Source: Phycisphaera sp. TMED9 (GTDB taxonomy: Bacteria > Planctomycetota > Phycisphaerae > Phycisphaerales > SM1A02). From it: DNA of 64,000 nt. A program made the position numbers and the translations under genes. The notes beneath the pieces were generated by a model. That model saw only the letters and a program-made list of their open reading frames with translations, had not been told where the DNA came from and searched no databases. This document shows positions 1 through 8,646 of this stretch, one piece after another (positions within the stretch are counted from its first letter, which is position 1; every line of letters starts with the position of its first letter). The DNA is taken from positions 80,910 through 144,909 of the forward strand of contig NHBO02000064.1 of NCBI GenBank assembly GCA_002167845.2, given 5' to 3'.

Positions 1-20
1 CCCGTTCCGCAAGCGGGGAC

Positions 21-2357
21 GTGCTCTCCTTGATCGAAGATGTGGAACGTCATCTCACGAGGATTCGGGACGTGCAGAGCCGGCAGGAGACCGAGTTCGA
101 GGATCTCGCCGAACGTCAACGAAAGGTCGATCTGGCGGAGAAGGAATTCGATGGCCGTCGTCGCGAGGTGGAGGAGGCTGCCACGGCTCTGGATGCCGCT
201 CGGGAGTCCATGAGCACGGAGCGTTCGGAGATCGACGGGCTTCGGTCCGATCTGGAAGGCCGGGAGTCACGATTCTCCGAAGAATGCGCGACGTTCGAGC
301 GATCGAAACAGGAATTTGAAACCGCCGGCGCCGAGATGGCGACGGAGCGTGCGGCGTTGGAGTCGAGAGACGCAGAGATCGCGGAGCGTGAACGAACCAT
401 CACCGAAGAGCGACAGGCGCTGGACGCGCTCCGTGACGAGATCGAGGCTCGGGAAAACGCCTTTGCAGATCGTTCGGCGGCGGCGGATGCCGCTCTCGCA
501 AGCGTCGGCGAGTTGGAAGCGGAAGTCGGCCGGTTGTCGGAGTCCGTGGAGACCCAGGCCGCAGCCCACCGGGAGGCGATGAGCACCGCCGAAGAGACCA
601 CCGGCCGCCATCGCACGGCCTTGGAATCGGTCGGCGCCGACCTGGAGTCCGCACAGGCGGAGCTCGAGGCGGCCCGCAACGCCCACGAGTCGTCCTGCAG
701 TGAGCTGGACTCCCTTCGAAGCCGGACGGCCGCCGCCGAAGACGAGAAGTCGCAACTGCAGCAGGCGATGTCGTCGCTCGAAGAGCGATGTACCGAACTC
801 GACGAAGCTGCCGGTCGGAGCGTGGAACTCGAATCGGAACTCGAAGAAGCGAATGAAAAGGTCACGGCGCTTGAATCGACGATCGAGGAGGATCAGCGAC
901 AGCTCGAACTGGCCGGTGAGAAACTCACCGAACTCGCCAAGGCGATCTCCGAGCAGGCTCCCCGATTGGAACGTGGGACCGCAGCCATCGCGTTGATGTC
1001 GCAGCACCAGGAGACCATCGCGAAACTCGAGGCGAGACTGGCCGAGGACGGAACCGATGCCGCCAACGCGGTCGCGAAGGTTCGAGATACCTTTGAAGCG
1101 AGAATCGCCGAGCTGGAGTCGGCATTGGCGCACGCCTCCGCCCAGGGGGCGGATCCCGCAGCGCTCGAAGCGGCGCTCACCGCGGCGCGAGGCCCTCTCG
1201 AAGCCCGGATCCACGAACTGGAGTCCGGTGGCGGGCTGGATGCTTCCGCGGTGGAGGCTGCGGTCGAGGAAGCGACCACGCCGCTGCTCGCCGAGATCGA
1301 GCGACTTCATCAAGACGCGGAATCGAATGATGGTCCGTCGGTCCCGCGGGATCGATATGACTCGGTGAAGGAGCGATGCCGTCGGGCGGAACGTCGAAGC
1401 GACGAACTGGAAACGGCACTCTCGATGACCAATGACAAGGGACAGGCTCAGGAGATGGCCAAGCGTCTTCGTGCGAAGGCTGAACGGGTCGGAGAGGCCG
1501 CTCGTCATCTGGAGTTGCGAAAGAACCGCTTGCTCGCGGTTCGCAAGGCGATTCGGGCGAGAGGTGGGGATGCGGGTTCGACCCCGGCGTTCCAGGAACT
1601 GCAGCGATTGGAAGCTCAACGCAAGGAGCTGTCGCAGGTGCGCGAGTTCCTTTCTCGAAGCGAGCAGCAGATGATTCGACGTTGGGCTCGACCTCGATCC
1701 GCGGCGATCGTCGGGTGGGTGATGATCCTGGCGGTGTTGTGTTCGGTCGGAAGCTGGTTCGGTGTCCAGGAGATGGTCCCCATCGCCGGAGCGGCAAGCG
1801 TGGAGATTCGCGCCACGCCTCGGGATGGCAAACCGCTCTCCGGGTCCAAGGCTGAATCATGGGCGGAGTGGCATGAAGCGCTCGCGACGGATCCGGCATT
1901 CGTACAGGTCGTGTCGAAGCGGCTCGCGGCCCGTGGCATCGCGCCGTCGGGTGGCGAGCCTGCCGTCGCGACGATGCTGGTTGATGATCTGAGCTTCGAA
2001 TCCGACGGGCCCGGACGACTTCGACTCGTGCTCTCCGGCATGGACCGACGTCTGCTCGCGCCCACGCTCGATGCGGTGGCGACGACCATGGCTTCCGAAT
2101 CGGCGCGCCAGGCACCCCGTCGCGACGACGGCGCACGGGCCTCCTTGAGCGGCGAACAGACCGCCAATCCCGACGGTGGCTACGCGACGCTGATCGACGG
2201 CGCGATCTCGCCCGACGTGCTCACCTTCACCGGACTGATCGCCGGCGGAGCCCTCGTCATGTCGCTGTTGATGATCGGTCTCGTCTACCTCGCGCTGGCT
2301 CGGGCGAAGCGGGTCTTCGAGGAATCCGAATCCGGCGGCGGCGAATTCGCCACGTGA
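21..2357 (+). CDS. Long coiled-coil protein (~540 aa Ala/Glu/Arg-rich heptad-like region) followed by a TM - ~190 aa domain - TM module. It may be 5'-truncated, because the frame is open back to the window edge.
   Basis: 778-aa ORF. N-terminal two thirds is low-complexity and E/A/R/L-rich, typical of coiled coils. Hydrophobic segments 'AAIVGWVMILAVLCSVGSWFGV' and 'FTGLIAGGALVMSLLMIGLVYLALA' lie near the C-terminus. There is no stop between position 3 and the GTG at 21. Confidence 0.6.
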   Translation: MLSLIEDVERHLTRIRDVQSRQETEFEDLAERQRKVDLAEKEFDGRRREVEEAATALDAARESMSTERSEIDGLRSDLEGRESRFSEECATFERSKQEFETAGAEMATERAALESRDAEIAERERTITEERQALDALRDEIEARENAFADRSAAADAALASVGELEAEVGRLSESVETQAAAHREAMSTAEETTGRHRTALESVGADLESAQAELEAARNAHESSCSELDSLRSRTAAAEDEKSQLQQAMSSLEERCTELDEAAGRSVELESELEEANEKVTALESTIEEDQRQLELAGEKLTELAKAISEQAPRLERGTAAIALMSQHQETIAKLEARLAEDGTDAANAVAKVRDTFEARIAELESALAHASAQGADPAALEAALTAARGPLEARIHELESGGGLDASAVEAAVEEATTPLLAEIERLHQDAESNDGPSVPRDRYDSVKERCRRAERRSDELETALSMTNDKGQAQEMAKRLRAKAERVGEAARHLELRKNRLLAVRKAIRARGGDAGSTPAFQELQRLEAQRKELSQVREFLSRSEQQMIRRWARPRSAAIVGWVMILAVLCSVGSWFGVQEMVPIAGAASVEIRATPRDGKPLSGSKAESWAEWHEALATDPAFVQVVSKRLAARGIAPSGGEPAVATMLVDDLSFESDGPGRLRLVLSGMDRRLLAPTLDAVATTMASESARQAPRRDDGARASLSGEQTANPDGGYATLIDGAISPDVLTFTGLIAGGALVMSLLMIGLVYLALARAKRVFEESESGGGEFAT

Positions 2358-2560
2358 TGGGGGATTCGATCCGGGGAGCAGGTCCGAGAATTCGATTTTC
2401 AACGACCCGGTGATGGGGGGCCGGCAATGGATGCATGGGGTGATCACCGCCCTTCGTCGCTTCCTTTGCGAAGGTCGCGAAAGTCGGGTCTTCCAGCCGT
2501 CGATGACTTCTACAGAGGGTGGCCGAAAGTCGTGCCGAGCACCCTCGGAAGGACCTCTTC

Positions 2561-2812
2561 ATGCATCGAATCGATATTCCCAAGGGCTGGCGGCTGGTTG
2601 ACGAGCGGGACTCGGGTGAACTCCCGGTCTTGAAGTCCGAGTCCGTCGACTCGATTCCCTTTCCGCCACTGGATATCGATTCATCCGGGATCGACGTGGA
2701 AGAGGTGCTTCGAGCGGCCGACGAGGCCTCTCGCCGCATGGAAGTGCTGGCTCGCGAACTCGACTGCCTCGGGCTCTTTGACCAGGGCGATGACGGTCCA
2801 AGAGCGGCGTGA
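2561..2812 (+). CDS. Small acidic hypothetical protein (83 aa)
   Basis: ATG at 2561 is preceded by the SD-like 'ggaagga' about 8 nt upstream. Third codon positions are mostly G/C, like neighbouring genes. No recognisable domain. Confidence 0.35.
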   Translation: MHRIDIPKGWRLVDERDSGELPVLKSESVDSIPFPPLDIDSSGIDVEEVLRAADEASRRMEVLARELDCLGLFDQGDDGPRAA

Positions 2813-2953
2813 CGCTGGCCACAGGCCGCCAAATCAGGAAACCGCGGCGAATCCGACGGTTCAGATCGACATTCCGCCGTCCGGTCGTAAAATCGATCGG
2901 GCGGTGTCTCTTTCTGGGGGCCGTCCCAAGACACTTATCGGAGCAGCCAAGTT

Positions 2954-3019
2954 GCGAGACGGCATCATGCGAGACGGCATCAGTAGTTCAGTGAGATGCA
3001 GTAGTTCAGTGAGATGCGT
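2954..3019 (+). repeat. Two adjacent in-frame tandem duplications: a 15-nt unit x2 (2954-2983) then an 18-nt unit x2 (2984-3019)
   Basis: Direct reading gives 'gcgagacggcatcat/gcgagacggcatcag' followed by 'tagttcagtgagatgcag/tagttcagtgagatgcgt'. This translates as (L/M)RDGI-MRDGI-SSSVRC-SSSVRC. Confidence 0.9.
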
Positions 3020-4916
3020 CGGGCTGCGGTCCGACCGCGGATCGATCTTCGGCCTGGGGGGCGAGGCATCCATTTCCGCGGCATTCGGTCCTCTCCTTCT
3101 CCTTCTGGTTTCGGTCCTGCTCACCGCCTCGGCGTCGGCGCAGGTGCGGGTGATGAACTGGAACGTCGCTCGGTTGAATGGTGATCCGGTCGCGATCGAG
3201 GATGTCTTCGCCGCGGCGGCCGCCGATGACCAGCCCGGTTTCACGACGGCCCCGGCGATCGTGGTGCTGCAGGAAGTGACCGCCTCATCGAGACCCGTGA
3301 TCGAGAACATCATTCAGGATGCGATTCCCGGCGTCGAATACGCTTCCGCGACCTTCACGGTGGAGAGTTCTGAAAACGGCTCGGGTGGAGCGCAGATGCT
3401 CCTCTACCGGACGGATCTCTTCGAGGAGATCGAGAGCGGGCACCGCGACATCGCGACGGGAGCCGGTCGAAATACCGATCGCTGGCAATTGCGATTGAAC
3501 GCCTCGGACGACGATGCGGGGATCATCTGGGTGTACGGCAGTCACCTCAAGGCGAGCAACTCGTCATCCGACGCGGAGATCCGTCGGCAGGGAGCGGTGG
3601 CCATCCGGAACGACGCCGATTCACTCCCCAATGGTTCGAACATCATCTACGCCGGTGACTTCAACCTGTACAGCAACAACGAGCCGGCCTACGCGGAGTT
3701 CCTGTCGTCCGGCAGCGGACAAGCGAACGACCCCTACGGAACGGGTGGTTGGGGTGGAAGCGGAAATGCGATCAAGCACACGCAGAGCCCCCGATTGAGC
3801 GGGGGAGCGCTCGTGGGCGGCGGCATGGACGACCGTTTCGACTTTCAGTTGTTCACGGATGCGTTGATCGACGGCAATGGTTTCTCGCTCATGTCCGAGA
3901 CGTGTCGGTCGTTGGGCAACGATGGGAATCACTACAACATCGCCATCAACACCGGGACGAACTCGTACTACCCATCGCAGATATCCCGCTCGAATTCGCT
4001 CGCCGATGCGCTCTTCGACGCCAGCGATCACATCCCCGTGTTGACGGATCTGCAGATCCCGGGACTCCTGTCCTGCGTGCTCGACGGCTCACTCGGCCGG
4101 GTGGTGAGCGGGGGAAGTGATTCGGTCGCGTTGCTGGTCGCCAATGCTCGCGCGGTCGCCACACCCGATGCTTCGGCGCCGCTCGAGTACGTCGCCAAGG
4201 GTGACGGAATTCTGATCGGCGGCGGATCGGGACTCGCACCGCTGCTGCCGAGTTTCGACTCGCAGATCTTCTCCCTTGCCGAAGGCATGACCGGAGAATT
4301 CGAGGCCGTCATCGAGGTCGACGCGACCAGCGCTGGCGTGTCGCAGCCTTCATACGAACTTCAGACCTCGGGATTCGCGATCCGACCGGCGGTTCCTTCC
4401 TGGAGTGGCGACTCGCTGGTCGTCGAACGGGTCGCCGAGGCCGAAGCATCCGGAGATTCCGGCGTCATCTTCATCGACGTCCCGGTGTTCAATCTGGGTT
4501 GGGATGCCTTGCAGTCGAGCCTTGATCTCGACGCGGCGAGCGGCCTGGCGAACGGGTTCTTCATCTGGGAGGGCCTCGGAAGCGTGGTCGACGCCAGGGC
4601 CGGAACCCTCCGATTCGGTTTCAACACCGGTGGTGCCGCTGATGGCCAGCACGTCGCCGACGTCACCATTCAATCGACGGATGAAGACGTTCCCGGGGAA
4701 ACGACCCACTATCTCACGATCCAGCTGCAGGTCACGATCGGAGACGACGACGTGGTTCCCGGAGACTTCAACGGCGATGGATTCGTGAACGGTGCCGATC
4801 TGGGGCTGCTGCTCGGGGCCTGGGGTCGGTGTGCGGGCTGTCCGCAGGACCTCAATGAGGATGGATTCGTGAATGGCGCCGATCTGGGACTGCTGCTCGG
4901 ATACTGGACCGGTTGA
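2967..4916 (+). CDS. Secreted endonuclease/exonuclease/phosphatase (EEP) family protein with a C-terminal dockerin-like tag
   Basis: EEP motifs 'VMNWNV', 'VVLQEV', 'YAGDFNLY' and 'SDHIPVLTDL'. Signal-peptide-like 'LLLLLVSVLLTASASAQV'. C-terminus is 'GDFNGDGFVNGADLGLLLGAWGRCAGCPQDLNEDGFVNGADLGLLLGYWTG'. The start is uncertain: ATG 2967 or TTG 2952, while the ORF track begins at 2778. Confidence 0.85.
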   Translation: MRDGISSSVRCSSSVRCVGLRSDRGSIFGLGGEASISAAFGPLLLLLVSVLLTASASAQVRVMNWNVARLNGDPVAIEDVFAAAAADDQPGFTTAPAIVVLQEVTASSRPVIENIIQDAIPGVEYASATFTVESSENGSGGAQMLLYRTDLFEEIESGHRDIATGAGRNTDRWQLRLNASDDDAGIIWVYGSHLKASNSSSDAEIRRQGAVAIRNDADSLPNGSNIIYAGDFNLYSNNEPAYAEFLSSGSGQANDPYGTGGWGGSGNAIKHTQSPRLSGGALVGGGMDDRFDFQLFTDALIDGNGFSLMSETCRSLGNDGNHYNIAINTGTNSYYPSQISRSNSLADALFDASDHIPVLTDLQIPGLLSCVLDGSLGRVVSGGSDSVALLVANARAVATPDASAPLEYVAKGDGILIGGGSGLAPLLPSFDSQIFSLAEGMTGEFEAVIEVDATSAGVSQPSYELQTSGFAIRPAVPSWSGDSLVVERVAEAEASGDSGVIFIDVPVFNLGWDALQSSLDLDAASGLANGFFIWEGLGSVVDARAGTLRFGFNTGGAADGQHVADVTIQSTDEDVPGETTHYLTIQLQVTIGDDDVVPGDFNGDGFVNGADLGLLLGAWGRCAGCPQDLNEDGFVNGADLGLLLGYWTG

Positions 4917-5050
4917 GTCCGGGAACCAAAAACAGGAATTTCGGAACCCGAATCGTGCCGATTCTCGAATACTTGCGGACGCGAACGTCCGGGGGTTGTA
5001 ATTTGAAGTATCCGCCGACCCGGCTGCCTTTTTCTTTCCGGAGTGTTCTC

Positions 5051-5914
5051 GTGTTCAAGAACTCAATCACGACCTCATTGCTCGTCGCCGCCCTCTCCTT
5101 CCATCTGGCCGGGGCCACGATCGCCGACGAGTTGGTGGTCGTCGCCGATCGCGACAACACCCTCTTCCAGTCGGATTCCGGAGGGCTCTCCTCCGGCTCG
5201 GGGCAGCATCTCTATGCCGGGCGAGTGAACTTCGCGGAGAACGACAACTGGGAACGGCGAGCGATCCTCCACTTCGATGTTTCAAGCATTCCGGAGGGTT
5301 CGAACATTCTCGAGGTCACCATGCGAATGCAGGTCACCCGAACGCCCCCCCAGCCTCCGATCAATCTGCTCTTCGAGTTGCACGCATGCCTCGGCGAATG
5401 GGGTGAAGGCGGGTCCTCCTCGGGCGGAGGTGCCGGAGCGCCGTCTCAGGTGGGTGATGCGACCTGGTACCACACCGTCTATCCCAAAGTGAACTGGTCG
5501 AATCCGGGCGGTGACTTCACGGCGACGTCGAGCGGAACCACGATCGTCAATGAGAATGGTCCCTATGTGTTCTCTGGTGACGGATTGGCATCGGATGTCC
5601 AGAGATGGGTCGATGGCGAAGCCAATTTCGGTTGGGTCATGACCGCCGATGTCTCCGAGCTTCGGAGCGTTCGACAGATCGCCAGCCGTGAGAACGGAAA
5701 CGCATCGCAGCGTCCGACCCTCACCGTGATCTACGAAGAGGGATCCGACGACATTCCCGGTGACTTCAACGGGGACGGTCTCGTGAACGGGGCGGATGTC
5801 GGACTGCTGCTCGTGGCCTGGGGACCCTGCCCCGGATGTCCGGAGGATCTCGACGGCAACGGCATCGTCAACGGAGCGGACATCGGTCTGCTGCTGGTCA
5901 ACTGGACCGGCTGA
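5051..5914 (+). CDS. Secreted DNRLRE-domain-like protein with a C-terminal dockerin-like tag
   Basis: Signal peptide 'SITTSLLVAALSFHLAGATIA'. 'ADRDNTLFQSD' and 'RRAILHFDVSSIP' resemble the DNRLRE domain signature. C-terminus is 'GDFNGDGLVNGADVGLLLVAWGPCPGCPEDLDGNGIVNGADIGLLLVNWTG'. Start is uncertain: GTG 5051, or in-frame GTG 4955 or TTG 4913. Confidence 0.8.
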   Translation: MFKNSITTSLLVAALSFHLAGATIADELVVVADRDNTLFQSDSGGLSSGSGQHLYAGRVNFAENDNWERRAILHFDVSSIPEGSNILEVTMRMQVTRTPPQPPINLLFELHACLGEWGEGGSSSGGGAGAPSQVGDATWYHTVYPKVNWSNPGGDFTATSSGTTIVNENGPYVFSGDGLASDVQRWVDGEANFGWVMTADVSELRSVRQIASRENGNASQRPTLTVIYEEGSDDIPGDFNGDGLVNGADVGLLLVAWGPCPGCPEDLDGNGIVNGADIGLLLVNWTG

Positions 5915-6031
5915 GTTTCGTGATTTGATGGTGTGACGCCGTACCGGCCCGATATCCTTCGAAGAGGGGAATCTCCGGGGGATTCCACGTCACTGCAGGT
6001 GATGACGACGGAGAACTTCGGAGCTCGCACC

Positions 6032-7099
6032 GTGCCGATCAACGCACGATCCCGGTTTCTGCATCCAGCCTTGACGATGATCATGATCATCGTCGTGCAG
6101 ATGATGCCGTCGGGCGTCGCCATCGCCGCTGAATCCGAATACGTCGATGCAGGACGCGGAAATGTCCGGGTGGTCCGTCCGTCGGATTTCGATCCTTCGG
6201 AGCCGCTGCCGCTCATCGTGCTTCTGCACGCCTTCGGCTACTCGGCTGAGTTCGAGGAGTCGTACCTTCAGCTCTCCGACCAGGTCGATTCGCAGCGGTT
6301 CATCCTCTGCCTTCCCAATGGTTCGCGGAATCTGACGCTTCAGCGATATTGGAACGCGACCGATGCCTGTTGCGACATCTTTGGACAGGGCCCCGACGAC
6401 TCGGGATATCTCCGAGGGCTCATCGACGTCATGTCGAGTGCCTATGAAGTCGACCCTCGACGCATTCATCTCGTGGGTCACTCCAATGGCGGCTTCATGG
6501 CGCATCGAATGATCTGTGACCACCCCGGCCTGTTCGCCGGGATCGCGACGCTGGCCAGCGCGACTTTCAATGATCCGAACGCTTGCGTCTTCGGGGAACC
6601 GGTGCACGTCCTTCAGGTTCATGGGACGAGCGACTTGGTGATCCTCTACGGCGGTGGCTGCCTGGTCGGCGGGTGTTACCCGTCCGCCGCTCAGACCCAG
6701 CGGTATGTCGCCGACGACAACGGATGTGGAAGAACTCCCGACGAGCCACCCGAACCGATCGACCTCATCTCGTCGATTCCGGGAGACGAGACGACGGTGA
6801 CGGTGTTCGCGGAATCGTGCGATCGAGGTGGGGCGGCCGAACTCTGGACCATCCCCGCGGTCGGGCACAATCCGCCTTTCGGCAACCGATTCTCGGAAGA
6901 GGTCGTCGCCTGGCTGCTGGCACGCCCCCGGCCACGAACCGATGGAGATTTGAACGGGGATGATCGGGTCGACTCTTCCGACGTCGGCCTGTTGCTCGCA
7001 GACTGGGGCCCCTGCGCTGGTTGTGACGCGGACTTCAACGGCGATGAGGTCGTCGATGGTTCCGACCTCGGGTGGATCAGCGTCAACTGGTCCCCCTGA
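6032..7099 (+). CDS. Secreted alpha/beta-hydrolase esterase (PHB depolymerase / LpqC-type) with a C-terminal dockerin-like tag
   Basis: 'PLIVLLHAFGYS', nucleophile elbow 'GHSNGGFM' and 'VHGTSDLVI'. Signal-like 'ARSRFLHPALTMIMIIVVQMMPSGVAIAAE'. C-terminus is 'GDLNGDDRVDSSDVGLLLADWGPCAGCDADFNGDEVVDGSDLGWISVNWSP'. Start is GTG 6032 or ATG 6077. Confidence 0.8.
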   Translation: MPINARSRFLHPALTMIMIIVVQMMPSGVAIAAESEYVDAGRGNVRVVRPSDFDPSEPLPLIVLLHAFGYSAEFEESYLQLSDQVDSQRFILCLPNGSRNLTLQRYWNATDACCDIFGQGPDDSGYLRGLIDVMSSAYEVDPRRIHLVGHSNGGFMAHRMICDHPGLFAGIATLASATFNDPNACVFGEPVHVLQVHGTSDLVILYGGGCLVGGCYPSAAQTQRYVADDNGCGRTPDEPPEPIDLISSIPGDETTVTVFAESCDRGGAAELWTIPAVGHNPPFGNRFSEEVVAWLLARPRPRTDGDLNGDDRVDSSDVGLLLADWGPCAGCDADFNGDEVVDGSDLGWISVNWSP

Positions 7100-7325
7100 A
7101 TCTCCGCTCGAGCAGGTCCGTCGAGTATTCGTGACTCCGGATCCGAACGGACGGTGAAGTCAGGCCCCGAGTCGATGAATCTGATCGTTCTGCGCTGCTT
7201 CCTCCGACTTCTTTCGAAAAATCGAGACCAGCCTGGATCGAAGGGGAGCTGGGCGTCGTGGGATGACCCTCGGCGCGGCTTGCCGGCTGACCCGGCGATC
7301 GAGTTGGGATGTTCGGCCATGGAAT

Positions 7326-7358
7326 GAACGACGCCCGCCGGAAAGGCGGACGTCGTTC
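7326..7358 (-). terminator. Strong hairpin immediately 3' of tRNA-Cys; possible terminator or processing structure
   Basis: 'gaacgacgcccgcc ggaaa ggcggacgtcgttc' forms a 14-bp stem with one mismatch. No clear U-tract on either strand. Confidence 0.35.
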
Positions 7359-7360
7359 AA

Positions 7361-7434
7361 AGGCCGAGGTGGGATTCGAACCCACGAATCACGGATTTGC
7401 AATCCGTTCCCTTAGGCCACTTGGGTACTCGGCC
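7361..7434 (-). tRNA. tRNA-Cys (anticodon GCA), CCA not encoded
   Basis: The reverse complement folds as a cloverleaf. Acceptor GGCCGAG/CUCGGCC, anticodon stem ACGGA/UCCGU with loop UUGCAAA, and T-arm GUGGG-UUCGAAU-CCCAC. Length 74 nt. Confidence 0.9.
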
Positions 7435-7580
7435 GGGGCTCCAAAGTATATCGGATGAACATCGGCGGACCGCCGGTCGGAATCCCCGATTCGCCGCGAT
7501 TGATGAGGCGCTGCTCGCTCGGAGAGGCCGATTCGGCCCGCAGTCCATCCCGGACCCGCGATTCGTCGTAGCATCCGGAC

Positions 7581-8552
7581 ATGATCATGACTCGATTCCA
7601 CGTCTGGCTTTCACTGATCTGCGCGGCTGGTCTGGTTCCCACATCGGCGGCCTCGCAGGAATCGCCGACGAATTCGGAAACGCCCGGGGCTTCGGAGACC
7701 GCTCCAGCCTCACCACCACCCACCCGGCGAGTCGTCGTGCCGAGTGATGCGGGCGAGCTTCGCCGGGCGCCGCTGCTCCGCGAGGGCGGCTTTCTGGTCA
7801 AGGTCGAGGGCGAGATCGAGCGCAATGCGCGGCTCGGGGTGTACGTCTACTCGCCGCTCGCCACCGCGACCGGTGGGATCCGACGAGAGCTGATTCTCCT
7901 GCCGAGCCGCGGGCTCGATGACCTGGTACGTCTCGAGTCGGTGCAGTCGACGGCGACGCGGGGCAATCCGATCGCCGGGGTCTATGAAGTCACCGGAAAG
8001 GTGCTGGTGTTTCAAGGAAGGAACTTTCTGCTTCCCGAAGCGATCGTCCCACTGACCCGCATCGAGAGATCTTCCGACGAGAAGACCGATTCCTCATCGC
8101 AGGCAGTCGCGCAGGCCGATGCGGAGCCGACGACCGAGCCTGATTCCGAAGTCGATTCGGAAGAGCGCGACTATGCCGCCGAGATCGACGCGCGGCTTCA
8201 AGAGCGGATCGGCGCCGTGCCCCGGAGTCTCGACGTCCTGGCGGCACCGCCGGCCGAGACCGCATCACTTCGAGCGGGCACCCGCTTCGTCCAGCGCCGA
8301 GGCCAGGTGGTCCGCGATCCCGGAAGCGGCATCTGGCGATTCGTGCTCGAGGGCGACGGCCGAAAGGGCGATGCAGTCAGTCTCGACCTGCTGCCCTGCC
8401 TGGAGCTTGAACGACTCGTCCGTCGCACCAGGCAGGCGGGGGTGGGAAGGCCGGTTCTGCTCAGCGGCGTGGTCACGATCTTCCAGGGACGGAATTACCT
8501 GCTTCCCACGGCCGTTCAGCAGCCCATGGAAGGCCGGAGCATCGGCCCCTGA
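7581..8552 (+). CDS. Secreted hypothetical protein built from two copies of a ~95-aa domain ending in 'FQGRN(F/Y)LLP'
   Basis: Signal peptide 'MIMTRFHVWLSLICAAGLVPTSAASQ'. Internal repeat 'KVLVFQGRNFLLPEAIVP' / 'VVTIFQGRNYLLPTAVQQ', each preceded by 'LLP' + L..LVR segments. Confidence 0.7.
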   Translation: MIMTRFHVWLSLICAAGLVPTSAASQESPTNSETPGASETAPASPPPTRRVVVPSDAGELRRAPLLREGGFLVKVEGEIERNARLGVYVYSPLATATGGIRRELILLPSRGLDDLVRLESVQSTATRGNPIAGVYEVTGKVLVFQGRNFLLPEAIVPLTRIERSSDEKTDSSSQAVAQADAEPTTEPDSEVDSEERDYAAEIDARLQERIGAVPRSLDVLAAPPAETASLRAGTRFVQRRGQVVRDPGSGIWRFVLEGDGRKGDAVSLDLLPCLELERLVRRTRQAGVGRPVLLSGVVTIFQGRNYLLPTAVQQPMEGRSIGP

Positions 8553-8646
8553 GGCGACCCGGCGCCTCGAGCGGCGAATTCCGGAATCCCGAGGCTGCTA
8601 TCCTCTGCGGCTCGTCATTTCAAAACACTCGAATCAGGAGATCACC

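Noticed and set aside
21-4916. Coiled-coil protein, small ORF and EEP nuclease as a Lamassu/Wadjet-like defence module
   Set aside because: The coiled-coil protein has no ATPase head motifs and is membrane-anchored. The EEP protein has a signal peptide and an extracellular-type tag, so it is a secreted enzyme rather than an intracellular effector.
2355-7434. Genomic-island hypothesis: the tagged-enzyme block lies at the 3' side of tRNA-Cys, and 'gggattcgatcc' at 2361-2372 resembles the tRNA T-arm 'gggattcgaacc'
   Set aside because: Only a 9-nt exact match (12/16 overall), which is expected by chance in 64 kb. There is no integrase, no clear direct repeat of the tRNA 3' end, and no compositional break that I can see.
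8119-8646. Upstream extension of the cyclophilin ORF
   Set aside because: It overlaps the 3' end of the 7581-8552 gene in another frame and has an Arg/Ser-rich composition. The cyclophilin domain starts at GTG 8647.
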